Source: a bacterium (GTDB taxonomy: Bacteria; Patescibacteriota; Patescibacteriia; UBA9934; GWF2-40-263). From it: DNA of 64,000 nt. Below, piece by piece: positions 1 to 12,200 of the stretch. Made by a program: the position numbers and the translations under genes. Under the pieces are notes generated by a model. That model worked only from the letters and a program-made list of their open reading frames with translations, did no database searches and was not told the DNA's origin. Position 1 is the first letter of the stretch. The number at the start of each line of letters is the position of its first letter. The stretch spans positions 1,356 through 65,355 of the forward strand of contig JAGVQB010000045.1 of the NCBI GenBank assembly GCA_020051955.1, in the 5' to 3' direction.

Positions 1-2
1 TG

Positions 3-2474
3 TTCTTTAATTTTGATCGTTACGATTTGGGCAAAGTTGGTCGCTACAAGTTTAATCTGCGTTTCAATTTGGACTTCAACGATGATTTGGTTGAAAAGGA
101 AGAGAATCGCATCATCGGCGCGGAGGATTTGATTCTGATTATTCGTGAGATCATCCGTTTGAATATCAATCAAGAGGAACCAGATGACGTTGATCACCTT
201 GGCAATCGACGTGTTCGCGCGGTGGGGGAGCTCATCCAGGGGCGATTCCGTGTCGGGCTAGCGCGCATGGAGCGCATTGTGCGCGACCGCATGAGCACAA
301 AAGATATTGAGTCGCTCACGCCAGGCCGTCTTATCAATGCAAGACCAGTGATCGGCGCGGTGCGGGAGTTCTTTATGTCTTCCCAGCTTTCGCAGTTTAT
401 GGATCAGACAAATCCTTTGGCCGAGCTTGAACACAAGCGTCGTCTTTCGGCAATGGGTCCTGGCGGTCTTTCGCGCGAGCGCGCTGGGTTTGAAGTGCGC
501 GACGTGCACCCAACTCACTACGGCCGCATTTGTCCTATCGCCACTCCTGAAGGACCAAACATCGGTCTCATTGGTCACTTGTCCAGCTACGCGGTCATTA
601 ATGATTATGGGTTTATTGAGGCGCCGTATCGAAAAGTCATTAAGGAAGAAAAAGACGGCAAAGTCACTTCGCGCGTAACGGGCGAGATCGAATATATCAA
701 CGCGTTTAAGGAAGAGCGTTCAGTAACAGTGCCAGCGACAACGCCAATCAATGAGGATGGAACATTTAAGGATGAGTTCGTTGGAGCGCGACGATTTGGA
801 GAGCCAAAAATTGTTCCGCAGTCCGAGGTGGATTACATGGACGTGTCTTCAAAACAGATTGTTTCCATTGGCACGGCGCTTATCCCGTTTTTGGAACACG
901 ATGACGCGACTCGCGCGCTCATGGGAACAAACATGCAACGTCAGGCAGTGCCGACAATCAAACCAGACGCGCCGATAATTGGGACTGGTGTTGAGAAGCG
1001 TTCGGCACGTGATTCAGGTCACGTTGTTTTGGCAGATCAGTCAGGCGAGATAACTCGCGTGGAAGGTGATCGCATTCAAATTACAGACAAAGACAAAAAT
1101 CGATTCGATTACGAGCTAAAGAAATTTTTGCGCTCCAACAACTCGACCTCCATTAACCAGCGACCTGTTGTCGCTCGTGGGCAAAAGGTAAAAGTGGGAG
1201 ACGTCATCGCGGACTCATCCGCGGTTGATCAAGGCGAGCTCGCGCTTGGGCAAAATTGTTTGGTCGCTTTCATGGCTTGGGATGGATACAACTTTGATGA
1301 CGCGGTCATTTTGTCTGAACGACTTGTTCATGATGATCGGTTCACTTCCGTCCACATCGAGCATTACACAATTGACGTGCGTGACACAAAACTTGGTCCA
1401 GAGGTAATGACAAGCGATATCCCAAACGTGTCGGAAGAGAAGCTAATGAATCTGGACATGGAAGGGATTATTCGCGTGGGAGCCGAAGTAAAGAGCGGGG
1501 ACATTTTGGTCGGAAAGATTACGCCAAAGGGCGAGACTGAACTTTCAGCTGAAGAAAAATTGTTGCGCGCGATATTCGGCGAGAAGGCGCGCGATGTGCG
1601 CGACTCTTCCTTGTATTTGGAACACGGAGAGCACGGCAAGGTGGTGGCAGTTACGATTTTTTCGCGCGAGGAAGGCGATAAACTTTCACCTGGCGTTATT
1701 AAGTCCATACAGGTGACCATCGCGGATCTGCGAAAGATTCAGGTTGGTGATAAGGTCGCGGGTCGCCACGGAAACAAGGGAGTTATTTCGAAGGTGGTTC
1801 CACTCGCGGACATGCCGTTCTTGGAAGACGGAACGCCTGTTGACATCATTCTCACACCGCTTGGTATTGTTTCGCGCATGAACCTCGGACAGATTCTTGA
1901 GGTGCACATGGGGTTGGCGGCCAACGCGTTGGGATACAACGTCACAACGCCTGTGTTGAACGGTGTTTCAGAAGCAACAATTCACTCTGAACTTGAGCGC
2001 GCGGGGTTCCCAGCGTCTGGTCAGCTTACTCTTTTCGACGGACGTTCTGGCGACGCGTTTGAGAATAAGATCACAGTAGGATACATGTACATGCTGAAAC
2101 TTTCACACATGGTGGAAGACAAGATGCACCAACGATCCATTGGTCCTTACTCCCTTATCACACAGCAACCTCTGGGCGGCAAGGCACAGTTCGGGGGACA
2201 GCGTTTTGGAGAAATGGAAGTCTGGGCGCTGGAAGCATACGGCGCTTCACACACGCTTCAAGAAATCCTTACGATCAAATCAGATGACATCACCGGGCGC
2301 TCGAAGGCGTACGAGTCAATTATAAAAGGAGAGCGCATAAGAAAAGTAAACATTCCAGAATCATTCAATGTGCTTGTGCGCGAATTGAAAGGTTTGTGTA
2401 TGGACGTGGAACTTCTCAAGGACGGAGCAAAGGTCGAGCTCCCGGGTGAAAAGAAGACGAAGGTTGGGAAATAA
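3..2474 (+). CDS. rpoB: DNA-directed RNA polymerase subunit beta (5' truncated by window edge)
   Basis: Motifs [61 protein letters not shown]; frame open to window start. Confidence 0.99.
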   Translation, partial: FFNFDRYDLGKVGRYKFNLRFNLDFNDDLVEKEENRIIGAEDLILIIREIIRLNINQEEPDDVDHLGNRRVRAVGELIQGRFRVGLARMERIVRDRMSTKDIESLTPGRLINARPVIGAVREFFMSSQLSQFMDQTNPLAELEHKRRLSAMGPGGLSRERAGFEVRDVHPTHYGRICPIATPEGPNIGLIGHLSSYAVINDYGFIEAPYRKVIKEEKDGKVTSRVTGEIEYINAFKEERSVTVPATTPINEDGTFKDEFVGARRFGEPKIVPQSEVDYMDVSSKQIVSIGTALIPFLEHDDATRALMGTNMQRQAVPTIKPDAPIIGTGVEKRSARDSGHVVLADQSGEITRVEGDRIQITDKDKNRFDYELKKFLRSNNSTSINQRPVVARGQKVKVGDVIADSSAVDQGELALGQNCLVAFMAWDGYNFDDAVILSERLVHDDRFTSVHIEHYTIDVRDTKLGPEVMTSDIPNVSEEKLMNLDMEGIIRVGAEVKSGDILVGKITPKGETELSAEEKLLRAIFGEKARDVRDSSLYLEHGEHGKVVAVTIFSREEGDKLSPGVIKSIQVTIADLRKIQVGDKVAGRHGNKGVISKVVPLADMPFLEDGTPVDIILTPLGIVSRMNLGQILEVHMGLAANALGYNVTTPVLNGVSEATIHSELERAGFPASGQLTLFDGRSGDAFENKITVGYMYMLKLSHMVEDKMHQRSIGPYSLITQQPLGGKAQFGGQRFGEMEVWALEAYGASHTLQEILTIKSDDITGRSKAYESIIKGERIRKVNIPESFNVLVRELKGLCMDVELLKDGAKVELPGEKKTKVGK

Positions 2475-2498
2475 TTTGAGAGGTCTCAAAACACATAT

Positions 2499-5400
2499 AT
2501 GTTTAAACGCCAAGATTCACTTAAATCGACTGACTTTGACTCCATTCGCCTGCGCCTTGCCTCTCCAGAGGCGATGCGTTCATGGTCTTTTGGTGAGGTG
2601 AGCAAGCCCGAGACGATAAACTATCGTACGCAGAAGCCTGAAAAGCAGGGCTTGTTTGCCGAGGAAATTTTTGGACCATCCAAAGATTGGGAATGTTACT
2701 GCGGAAAATATAAGAAGATACGTTACAAAGGAATCATCTGTGATAAGTGTGGCGTGGAAGTAACCCAGGCGGTTGTGCGACGCGAACGCATGGGGCACAT
2801 CGAACTCGCGGCTCCGATTACGCACATTTGGTTTTTGCGCGGAGTGCCATCCAAGATTGGAACTATCCTCGACCTCTCAATTCAAAACTTGGAGAAGATT
2901 ATTTATTTCGCGAGCTTCCTCGTAACCGACGTTAACGAAGTCGCGAAGGAACAGACCGTGGAGCAGGTGAATGCCGAACGCAAGAGCAAAGAGAAAATGA
3001 TCGAAGGTGAGTTCAAGCGCGACACTGGGCGTCTGGAACAAAAGTTTGGTGAAGATAAGAAAGCGATTGAGAAAGAAACAAAACGTCTTGTGGAGATTCG
3101 CGACACTAAACTCGCGGAGCTTGAGGAAGATTTTGACTCGGTCATTGAAGATCTCAAAAGCATGAAGGTAATGTCAATCATTTCCGAGCAGACGTATCAC
3201 GAGTGGTCGCTCAAGTACGGTCATGTGTTTGAGGCGAATATTGGGGCAGAGGCGGTTAAGGAGATGCTTTTGCGTATCAATGTGGATGAGACCATGAAAG
3301 TTTTGGGAGAAGAATTAAAGGGCGCGACCAAGACAAAGCATAATCGAATCTTGCGCCGTCTAAAATTGTTGAAGTCTTTTTCAATCAACCAGATCAAACC
3401 GTCATGGATGGTATTGGACGTGTTGCCAGTGATACCTCCAGACCTGCGTCCAATGGTGCCGCTTGATGGTGGGCGATTTGCAACATCCGATCTTAACGAT
3501 TTGTATCGTCGTGTCATCAACCGCAATAACCGACTGAAGCGGTTGTTCGAGCTTAGCGCTCCTGAAGTAATTTCTCGCAACGAGAAGCGTATGTTGCAAG
3601 AAGCCGTTGACTCGCTCATTGATAACAGCGCGCGTCACAGCAAGACCGTTATCGCGGCAACTGGAAAGAAGCGCCAGTTGAAGAGTTTGGCCGACCAGCT
3701 CAAAGGAAAGCAGGGACGTTTCCGACAGAACTTGTTGGGTAAGCGCATTGACTACTCTGGTCGCTCCGTGATTGTTGTGGGTCCGCACCTTCATTTGGAT
3801 CAGTGCGGTATTCCAAAAAAGATGGCGTTGGAACTTTTCAAGCCGTTTGTTATTTCAAAATTGATCGCGCGCGAATATGTTCACAACATACGCAGCGCTA
3901 ATCGGTTCATCGAAAGCGATCGTCCAGAGACGTGGGATATTTTGGAAGAGGTTACAAGCGACGCGTTTGTCCTTCTCAACCGCGCTCCAACTCTGCACCG
4001 TCTGGGTATCCAGGCGTTCCGTCCTCTCCTTATCGAGGGCAAGGCCATTCAAGTTCACCCACTTGTGTGTGATGCTTACAACGCGGACTTTGATGGCGAC
4101 CAGATGGCAGTACACGTTCCACTAACAGAAGAAGCTCGCGCAGAGGCGCGCGAATTGATGCTCGCGACCAAGAACTTGCTCAAGCCTTCCTTTGGAGGGC
4201 CTGTCGCGACGCCTGGAAAAGATATTGCCTGGGGTATCTTCTATCTGACAATGGAACCAACACCTCAACCAGAAAAACGCGAGGAGCTTCCAATTTTTGC
4301 TTCAGAGACTGACGCGCTCTACGCGGTTCAAAATGAGCGACTCTTACTGCGCGATTGGATTTTGGTGCGGCTGAAGAACGGCGACATAATCGTGACAACT
4401 CCTGGCCGCGTTCTTGTCAACCAACAGTTCCCAAAGGAGGTTCCATTCATGAACCAGACAATGGGCAAGAAGGAGCTGTCGGCGATCGTGAAATATTATT
4501 TGGAGTTACACGGATCTGAAAAGACCGCGGAGTTTCTCGATCGTTTGAAAGAGATTGGGTTCAAATATTCCACTCGCGCGGGGTACTCTTGGGGGATGGC
4601 GAACCTGCCAGATATTCCAGCCAAGAAAGCGTTGATCGAAGAAGGCGACACGCGCGTACGCGAGGTTGAAGATTATTTTGCCCAAGGGCTTCTCACTGGT
4701 TCCGAGCGTCACTCGTCAATCATCAAAGTCTGGAACGAGATTAAGGATCGTATCGCGGCCGAAGCGAAGAAAGTGCTTCCAAAAGATAACCCCGCCTATA
4801 CAATGATTGAATCAGGCGCACGTGGTTCATGGGGTCAGATGACGCAGATGGTTGGTATGAAGGGGCTTGTGGCAAACCCATCAGGAGACATTATCGAACT
4901 ACCAGTCAAATCATCTTTCAAAGAGGGCTATGACGTGTTGGAGTTTTTTATCTCAAGCCATGGAGTGCGCAAAGGTTTGACTGACACTGCTCTGCGTACC
5001 GCGAACGCTGGTTACCTCACGCGCCGTTTGGTTGATGTTGCGCAGGACGTGATTGTACGTGAGGATGATTGCGGGGATGACAAGGGTGTGGTGCTGACGC
5101 GCAAGGAATCTGAGGAGATTGGCGAGCCGCTGAACATTCGTATCCTTGGTCGCTACACACTCTCTGACATAAAAAAGCCAGGCGGTCGCAAAGTTATCGT
5201 TAAGGCAGGCGAGATGATTACAGAGGAACACATTCGTGATATTGAAGCGGCTGGTGTTCCGCTTGAAGAGGTCCACGTGCGATCTGTTATGACCTGTCAC
5301 TTGCGTCGCGGAGTGTGTCAGAAATGTTACGGTTATGATCTCGCGTACAACAAGCTGGTGAAACTTGGAACCTCGGTGGGAATTATGGCGGCTCAATCAA

Positions 5401-6518
5401 TTGGAGAGCCTGGAACACAGCTCACGATGCGCACATTCCACACGGGAGGTGTCGCTGGAAAAGATATCACACAAGGTCTGCCACGCGTTGAAGAATTGTT
5501 TGAGGCGCGCAATCCAAAACAGAAAGCGATAATGTCAGAGGTGTCTGGAAAGGCGAAAGTTGAAACAGCGTCTCGCGAGATCGTTCAGGCTGGAACTGGC
5601 AAGCAGATTTTTGACTCGCGCCCTGGGCAGAAAACCGTCGCGATTACATACGAAGGCGTTGAGGAAGAATTGTTCTCGTATGGAAAGGGTGGGGAAGCGG
5701 TAGTGAAAGATGGCGATAAAGTTAAGCTGGGCGCTGTACTGGCGCGCAAGAGCAACGGCAAGGAGGTGCTTGCTCCAGGCCCTGGAGTTGTCGCGCTCAA
5801 CAAGCCAGGATCCGTGACGCTCATCCGCGAGCAAACAAAAGTGCGTGAGTATATCATCCCGCCAGGGGTTACTCTTTACGTGAAGGATGGCGATGAAGTG
5901 GTTGCTGGTGACGCGCTGACAGACGGCAACCTCGATCTGCAAGTCCTGTTCAAGTTTAAGGGGCAGGACGCGGTGCAGAAATATCTTTCAAAGGAAATTC
6001 AGTTTATCTATTCAAGCCAAGGACAGAAACTTAACAACAAGCACATCGAGATAATCATTCGTCAGATGTTCTCGCGCGTGCGCGTGCTCGACCCTGGAGA
6101 CACTGATTTGTTGCCAGGCGAGATTATTGAGAAGGCGTCGTTTGAGGACGCCAATGATGCACTTGCGAAGGGAAGAAAGGCGGACGCGAAACAATTGTTC
6201 CTGGGTATCACGAAGATTTCGCTCTCAACCGATTCGTGGCTTTCAAGCGCGTCCTTCCAAGAGACGGCGCGCGTGCTCATTAACGCGGCTGTTACAGGAA
6301 AGATAGACAAGTTGGAAGGTTTGAAGGAAAACGTGATCATCGGTCGTTTGATCCCAGCGGGAACTGGTTTCCGCGGTATGGCAAAGGAACTCATAGGTGA
6401 CATGGAAGCAGTGCACGCGGCTCGTGAAACCAGTCGTGAACTGGCTGGCGAGGTCGATCAGGCGTTCGCGGAGAATCGCGTTGTGACAGCGGAGGCAAAA
6501 GAGAAGATAGAGGAATAA
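2499..6518 (+). CDS. rpoC: DNA-directed RNA polymerase subunit beta'
   Basis: NADFDGDQMAVH catalytic motif, N-terminal Zn ribbon, follows rpoB. Confidence 0.99.
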   Translation: MFKRQDSLKSTDFDSIRLRLASPEAMRSWSFGEVSKPETINYRTQKPEKQGLFAEEIFGPSKDWECYCGKYKKIRYKGIICDKCGVEVTQAVVRRERMGHIELAAPITHIWFLRGVPSKIGTILDLSIQNLEKIIYFASFLVTDVNEVAKEQTVEQVNAERKSKEKMIEGEFKRDTGRLEQKFGEDKKAIEKETKRLVEIRDTKLAELEEDFDSVIEDLKSMKVMSIISEQTYHEWSLKYGHVFEANIGAEAVKEMLLRINVDETMKVLGEELKGATKTKHNRILRRLKLLKSFSINQIKPSWMVLDVLPVIPPDLRPMVPLDGGRFATSDLNDLYRRVINRNNRLKRLFELSAPEVISRNEKRMLQEAVDSLIDNSARHSKTVIAATGKKRQLKSLADQLKGKQGRFRQNLLGKRIDYSGRSVIVVGPHLHLDQCGIPKKMALELFKPFVISKLIAREYVHNIRSANRFIESDRPETWDILEEVTSDAFVLLNRAPTLHRLGIQAFRPLLIEGKAIQVHPLVCDAYNADFDGDQMAVHVPLTEEARAEARELMLATKNLLKPSFGGPVATPGKDIAWGIFYLTMEPTPQPEKREELPIFASETDALYAVQNERLLLRDWILVRLKNGDIIVTTPGRVLVNQQFPKEVPFMNQTMGKKELSAIVKYYLELHGSEKTAEFLDRLKEIGFKYSTRAGYSWGMANLPDIPAKKALIEEGDTRVREVEDYFAQGLLTGSERHSSIIKVWNEIKDRIAAEAKKVLPKDNPAYTMIESGARGSWGQMTQMVGMKGLVANPSGDIIELPVKSSFKEGYDVLEFFISSHGVRKGLTDTALRTANAGYLTRRLVDVAQDVIVREDDCGDDKGVVLTRKESEEIGEPLNIRILGRYTLSDIKKPGGRKVIVKAGEMITEEHIRDIEAAGVPLEEVHVRSVMTCHLRRGVCQKCYGYDLAYNKLVKLGTSVGIMAAQSIGEPGTQLTMRTFHTGGVAGKDITQGLPRVEELFEARNPKQKAIMSEVSGKAKVETASREIVQAGTGKQIFDSRPGQKTVAITYEGVEEELFSYGKGGEAVVKDGDKVKLGAVLARKSNGKEVLAPGPGVVALNKPGSVTLIREQTKVREYIIPPGVTLYVKDGDEVVAGDALTDGNLDLQVLFKFKGQDAVQKYLSKEIQFIYSSQGQKLNNKHIEIIIRQMFSRVRVLDPGDTDLLPGEIIEKASFEDANDALAKGRKADAKQLFLGITKISLSTDSWLSSASFQETARVLINAAVTGKIDKLEGLKENVIIGRLIPAGTGFRGMAKELIGDMEAVHAARETSRELAGEVDQAFAENRVVTAEAKEKIEE

Positions 6519-6526
6519 GGAATAAG

Positions 6527-6557
6527 AAAAACCGTCGGGGTTACCTCGGCGGTTTTT
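6527..6557 (+). terminator. Intrinsic terminator after rpoC
   Basis: AAAAACCGTCGGGG-TTA-CCTCGGCGGTTTTT hairpin with T run. Confidence 0.75.
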
Positions 6558-6653
6558 GGTATCGCCGGTTGACTTTTGGCCTGGAATATAATAAATTTGC
6601 GCACTTCGTATGTGTTGTGGTCGAATTGCCGCCATTCGTTCCACCAAAAAAAC

Positions 6654-6731
6654 ACACGACAATTATTCTCACGATCGACGAAATAATTGTCAGGGAGATT
6701 TTTGCGCGTATAAGTGACGATCGGGTTTTGT
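6654..6731. repeat. ~78 bp repeat, left of AbiE module (copy 1)
   Basis: ACACGACAATTATTCTCACGATCGACGAAATAATTGTCAGGGAGATT...; near-identical copy at 8115; internal inverted repeat GACAATTATT/AATAATTGTC. Confidence 0.9.
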
Positions 6732-6733
6732 AT

Positions 6734-7429
6734 TTATTTTTCGCTTTCTAACCAAGCTTTTAATAAAAAGATTGTCTCCGTTCGAAGCTTTGCTCGCGCC
6801 CAGTCTTTCCGCGGTTCGTTCAGCATCTCTCCGAGACCATCGAGGATGTGACGATTATCCATTTTTTCCAAAAGCTCTGTGCACTTAGCTAAAACTTCTT
6901 TAAACGGCATCTTTGCACGGCTCTCAACTAATTTTCTATTTATTGGCCAATTATTCTTCGCGAAAAAATACACATCGTAAACATCACGGCTCGTTTTTCC
7001 GATCCGCTCATACATCGCCATTAGTTTGTTGGCGAACATGTCCTCCTTGACCATTACTTGCATTGAGATACCAAGCAAAGTTTTTAATTCATACTTAGAA
7101 CCAAAATCCCTGCGGTTAACCTCAATCTTGATATTTTGAGATTTCAAATCGTATGAGATAACCGTGACGAGGTTGAATCGTTTGATTCTTGAATCAACAA
7201 CCTTGCCATAACTCATAGCTATTTTTTGTATTTTCTCAAATACTTCCTGCTTTTTATTTTCGTTTAAAAGGTCAAGATCGATACCAACTGAATTACGGGT
7301 CAAGTCATAAAACATTAAGGCGGCTGTGCCACCCTTAAACCCCAAATAGGGAGACAGCGAGGTATCAGAAAAAATATCTTTCAAGATTTGTAATAAGATA
7401 TTTTTGTGTTTCGGATAGTCTAATGTCAT
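6734..7429 (-). CDS. AbiEii/AbiGii-family nucleotidyltransferase toxin (type IV TA)
   Basis: FKGGTAALMFYDLTRNSVGIDLD, NKL and RDVYDVYFF motifs. Confidence 0.9.
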   Translation of the reverse strand: MTLDYPKHKNILLQILKDIFSDTSLSPYLGFKGGTAALMFYDLTRNSVGIDLDLLNENKKQEVFEKIQKIAMSYGKVVDSRIKRFNLVTVISYDLKSQNIKIEVNRRDFGSKYELKTLLGISMQVMVKEDMFANKLMAMYERIGKTSRDVYDVYFFAKNNWPINRKLVESRAKMPFKEVLAKCTELLEKMDNRHILDGLGEMLNEPRKDWARAKLRTETIFLLKAWLESEK

Positions 7430-7434
7430 ATGGT

Positions 7435-8031
7435 TTAATTATTGTCTTTGTAGTGTTTAAAATATTCTGCAACTTTTTTCCCCATCCTCTTATTGCGATA
7501 TATCGGCAAAATTTCAAAAACCTTGTCCCAATCCAAAACGTCCAAGTGATCGAAGTGATAATCCTTGCTGATATATATCCGATCCAAAAACGCTCGCTCT
7601 TTTGTCGCAGTAGAAATATCGTTTGTATGTTCAATCCCGATTGTATTGCTCAAAACATAATCTTTCATTCTTATAAAAGATATTTTTTGTCCGTCTGCTT
7701 CAATTTCCCTGGTAACATAAGAAGCAACAAAAATATTTTCATAGTACTGGAAGTTTATTCCTGTCCGAGTTAATACCGTTTCAAAACTGATGTATGAAGG
7801 CGTGTAGATTCGAGTAGCTAACTCAAAACGATCGTAGTTATTATCTTTGGCATAAATGCCACGATGGACTCTGATCAATTTTCCTCTTTTTACGTAATTG
7901 CTCAATCTCACCCGGACCTTTGCTTCTCCTTGTTCGCCCCACAACAAAGCAATGTCTTTGGTAGAAAAGACAGTTTTGGGAGATCTTAACAAGGATTCGA
8001 TGTATTGACCTTTTGTGGGTTTATTATCCAT
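7435..8031 (-). CDS. AbiEi-family antitoxin / transcriptional regulator
   Basis: N-terminal wHTH (LIRVHRGIY), SYISFETVL, ATKERAFLD; directly upstream of AbiEii. Confidence 0.85.
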   Translation of the reverse strand: MDNKPTKGQYIESLLRSPKTVFSTKDIALLWGEQGEAKVRVRLSNYVKRGKLIRVHRGIYAKDNNYDRFELATRIYTPSYISFETVLTRTGINFQYYENIFVASYVTREIEADGQKISFIRMKDYVLSNTIGIEHTNDISTATKERAFLDRIYISKDYHFDHLDVLDWDKVFEILPIYRNKRMGKKVAEYFKHYKDNN

Positions 8032-8114
8032 ATGTTTACTGTTAGTAACCTTAAAGCTTACTTGCAGTGCAATTATATGCGACTATTGGAAAATAACAAG
8101 GTGGTGGAGCATAT

Positions 8115-8193
8115 ACACGACAATTTTTCTCACGATCGACGAAATTATTGTCAGGGAGATTTCCGTGACACATAAGGGACGATCGGACCTTGT
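8115..8193. repeat. ~78 bp repeat, right of AbiE module (copy 2)
   Basis: Direct repeat of 6654-6731. Confidence 0.9.
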
Positions 8194-8385
8194 GTGTCCA
8201 GGACAGTAGAACATACTCAACGATTGAAATATCAGGAAGCCCTGGAGAGGTTGGGTTCTTTTTGTTATGATCTTGAGGCTATGGCACGTCATTCTCACTA
8301 TTAAATCTGGCACGCAGGATATCCAACAAACCGATGACGCGATTGAGGCATAGGATGACGTGGGCACGGTTTATATAAACGAACT

Positions 8386-8865
8386 ATGGAAGGACGAATA
8401 ATCATGGGACTGGATCCAGGGTATGGTCGAATGGGCTTTGGCGTGATTTTTGTTGAGGGAACGAAACTCGAGCTGGTTGACTATGGTGTGTCCACGACGC
8501 TTTCTGGGGACACGATTGAGAATCGGCTTCTAAGTATCGCCAACGATTTGCATGATTTGTTCGCGCATCATCAGCCAGACGTTGTCGCGATTGAAAAGTT
8601 TTTTTTCGGCAAGAGCGCTTCAACCGCGATGAACGTCGCGCAAGCTCGAGGTGTCGCGTTGCTCATGGCAGCGCAATCAGGCACGCCTGTTTTTGAGTTT
8701 ACCCCAGCGCAGGTCAAGAAGGCATTGACAGGGGATGGCACTGCTGGCAAGGCCGCGATGCAGAGGATGGTAAAGGAATTACTTCATCTTCCTCATGTTC
8801 CAAAACCAGATGACGCCTCTGATGCTATCGCTGTTGCTATAACGGCGAGTACTAAGAGGTGGTAA
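8386..8865 (+). CDS. ruvC: Crossover junction endodeoxyribonuclease RuvC
   Basis: GLDPG, AIEKFFFGK, AQARGV, PDDASDAIAVA motifs. Confidence 0.97.
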   Translation: MEGRIIMGLDPGYGRMGFGVIFVEGTKLELVDYGVSTTLSGDTIENRLLSIANDLHDLFAHHQPDVVAIEKFFFGKSASTAMNVAQARGVALLMAAQSGTPVFEFTPAQVKKALTGDGTAGKAAMQRMVKELLHLPHVPKPDDASDAIAVAITASTKRW

Positions 8866-8902
8866 AATGGTAACAAACTAAATATTGCTTGATTTAAAAA
8901 AT

Positions 8903-9202
8903 ATGATTGCTCCACTTAAGATATTTATTGACCGTTTAATTGAGGAAAAAGATCTTTTAGCTCTTGAACCAGAAGTGCTAAAACAGGTAAAAGCTGATCT
9001 TTCAGAACGTCTTGAGGATCGTATTAATGCGGCTGTTCTTAAGCATCTTCCACCCGACAAGCTTTCCGCGTTTGAAAAATTGCTTGATACTAAAGCGTCA
9101 GATGAGGAGATACAGAGGTTTTGTCGTGAGCAGATTCCGAATCTCGACGAAGTGATCGCGTCAACGCTCGTGGAGTTTCAGCTGACATACCTTCAAGTTT
9201 AA
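8903..9202 (+). CDS. Small helical CPR hypothetical protein (DUF5663-like)
   Basis: Clean ORF; acidic helical pattern resembling a common CPR family; family call from memory. Confidence 0.65.
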   Translation: MIAPLKIFIDRLIEEKDLLALEPEVLKQVKADLSERLEDRINAAVLKHLPPDKLSAFEKLLDTKASDEEIQRFCREQIPNLDEVIASTLVEFQLTYLQV

Positions 9203-9211
9203 TTATTCTGT

Positions 9212-12200
9212 ATGCATACGAACGAAGGCGCTCCTTCTGTTGTGGAAGGATCAGAAAGTACAAAAGCGAAGAAGAAGATTGTTATTGTTGAACACGCGGG
9301 AGCTATTGAAACTGAATCTCGTGATGCAGCCGAAGCTCACATGTCTGCTTCTAAAAAAGAGTTGAAAGGCGTGCGTGGAGTTTTTAAAAAAATTTGGAAG
9401 CATAATTTATTTCACGAGTATTATCGTCAAAAAGAAATTGCATTAGTGCGCGAGAAAATACTTAATACCAAAAGTCTTTTTGCAGGTGAGAAAGAAGCTC
9501 GTGTAGCGCATAAGGCGGCGATGGGCGCGCTAACTGATCGTTTTTTGCAGGAGTATGAAGAGGCGGTACACAAGGAAGCCGGGGAGTCGCGAGAAGTACT
9601 TGGGAACGAGGAGACCGATGTTGATACTCGGGAAGAGATACACAAAGTATTGAGAGATTACGCGGCTGGAAATTTGACGGAGGAAACATTTGAGGAAGAA
9701 CGTAACAGGATACTGTCAAAGCTTACTGGCTTGTCGCGCGAGGCAATTCAAAGCGAGGTACGACATACGGACAGCTTGCGTGAGGTCGCGCACGGACTGC
9801 GACAGTCGGTTGAGCATGGATCGTGTCTTGAAGACCTCGATATTGATTTTGATATCGTGATTGGGCGCGCTAAGTGTGGAGTCCGCACAGAAGCACAGTT
9901 TAATACGGTGGATCGTATTGTGGAGAAAATCCAATCAAGTCGCGTTGGAAAGTTTTTGAATGAGACAACTGTCGCGTCGGCAGTCGCGATTGCGTATTCT
10001 CTGACAGCTGGGCTGTCCCAACGCTTGGCGCGAAGTAAGGCGCTCGCTTGGGGGAGTTTCGGACTTACTGCCGCGATCAGCGGCGGTGTTGCCGCGGCAA
10101 GGGAGAGCAAACGAATTGAAGAAGAACGTCGGCAACACGGAAGGGAAATGGCAAAGGGGCAAACTTTTGAGGAAACTCAAACGCCACGTCGCAAAGAAAT
10201 GGAAAACTATCGGTATGAAACAAAAGACGCGTATGTGATCACACGCGAACTTTCAGACACCCTCGAATATGATTTGAAAGAGGCCGAAGCATTTTCTCGC
10301 GTTGTTGAAAAGTTGTCTGATATTGAAGCACGCGTTCGGCTTTCTGATCGCCACAGCATTGATCTTATTTCGTATTCCAGCGGAGATTTGGTTGAGAATG
10401 AACGTTTGAATCTGGATATTGCTCGCGCTAAGGCAAAGGTAAAGTTGCGTCAGATGTACGCGTCCGGGCAGATCAACCTTACAGAGGGAGAAACAATGGA
10501 TGGATTTTTGGCAAAGTCCGCTGATCTGCAGATGGAAATATTGACTAAGGGTGATGCGGGTATTGAGGAAAAGAATCGAATTTTTAGAAAGATGAAAACA
10601 AAGCGAGTTGTGGGAGCCGCGCTCAAGGGGCTGGGGACAGGTCTCGTGATTGGTGGTGTATTTCAGGAGGCGGTAGCGTTTTTTAGCGATGCGCAGAGCG
10701 GTGTGGTTGAAGGAATGGTCGGCATACCACATGAGGCAGGGGAGAGGATAACAGCGCTTGAGCGCTTGCGAATGTTTTTGAAAGGGGAGACGTTTGATAC
10801 TCCTTTGGTTAACAGTATCGAAACGCACGCACCAGACGGAAGTCTTTTGAAACTTCCAGAGGATATAGAGATAGTGCCTAATGCTGGAAACGCGAATGTG
10901 TTTGACTTAGTTCGTGACGGGGAAACGATCGCGTCTGGGCTTGAATGCAAAGACGGGGTACTCACCGCGGCTTCGGCAAATGTGGTTGAAGATGCTGGTG
11001 GTTTTGTCGCGGTTGATAGTCATCAAGAGATGGTATTAGTACCAGGCGAACGCACCGCCGTTGATGTGGCAGGGAGTCGCACGGATCTTTTTCATCGAAT
11101 TCATCGAACCCTTTGGTATGGCAATGACACGCCCAAACCCATTTTTGATAAAAACGAATTAAAATTGGATTGGGGAGGTGGGGGTGATGGGTTTGATGAC
11201 AATGGTAATTTTACATTCAACATTGCTCGAATGAGGGCAGACGGTTCTTTTCAGGATGGTTTTTCAGTTGACGCGCAAAAGGCGATGAAAGAAGGCAAGC
11301 TGAAAATGATTCTTTCTTTGACGCGAGATACGCAAAGAGAGGTGGTGGAGATTCCGATTGATGCTCATGGAAACGCGGCTGTTGATCCAAACAGTGAAAT
11401 TGGAAAAATGTTTTTTAGTCAGAAAGATGGCAAGGCAGTATTCCACGGCGCGTTCGCTGAGGTCGTGCAGTCAACAGGCGTGGGAGAAGACGGTGGGGAG
11501 AACGTGCGAATATTGGCAACCCACATCGGAGACGAATCCGCTGTGCGAGAAGTGATACCAGAGCCAGTATTGGTTCCAGAATCGAAAGTCGTCTCAATTA
11601 CCAATATCACCTTGCCGCCAGGCGATGATCTTTTTGTCGTTCCTCCGATGGTGATTCCTGTGTTCGGAAGAAAGCCACTTGAATCCACAAAACAGCCAAC
11701 AGTTCCCCCACTACGTTATACTAAGCCACCAGAAATTGGGATCGGGTATTATTACAATTCGTTTCCGGAACAATCTGAACAGCAATGTAAAGCACGCATG
11801 TCTGAATCCTTGCGTAATAATCCTGATGCGCAGCTTGATACTGTTAAGGAGGTTCGACAATATATCGAAAAACAGGATGAAAAATATCGCGAACAGATTA
11901 AATTGTTAGCCGGGCAAGCAGACCCAATGGAGAATGGCTGTAAAGTTGCGGTATGTATTCCAGCCGCAGGTCATCAAGAGGGAGGAAATATCTATCGCAC
12001 GCTTGAAAATTATACTCATCAGATAGCTTCTCGAGATTCGTTCGAGATTTTGATTTTAGTTAATCGCCCTGATGTTGATGAGGAGGGGAAGCGTGTTGAG
12101 CCAGATCAGACAATAAATGAGATTCAACGTTTCAAAAAAGCGTATCCCGATATGCCAGTGCGAGTTATGGAAGTAATCCTTCCAAAAGGACAAGCAAAAA

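Noticed and set aside
6654-8193. CRISPR array from the paired repeats or the short tandem arrays
   Set aside because: Only two copies 1.4 kb apart, no regular spacers, no cas genes
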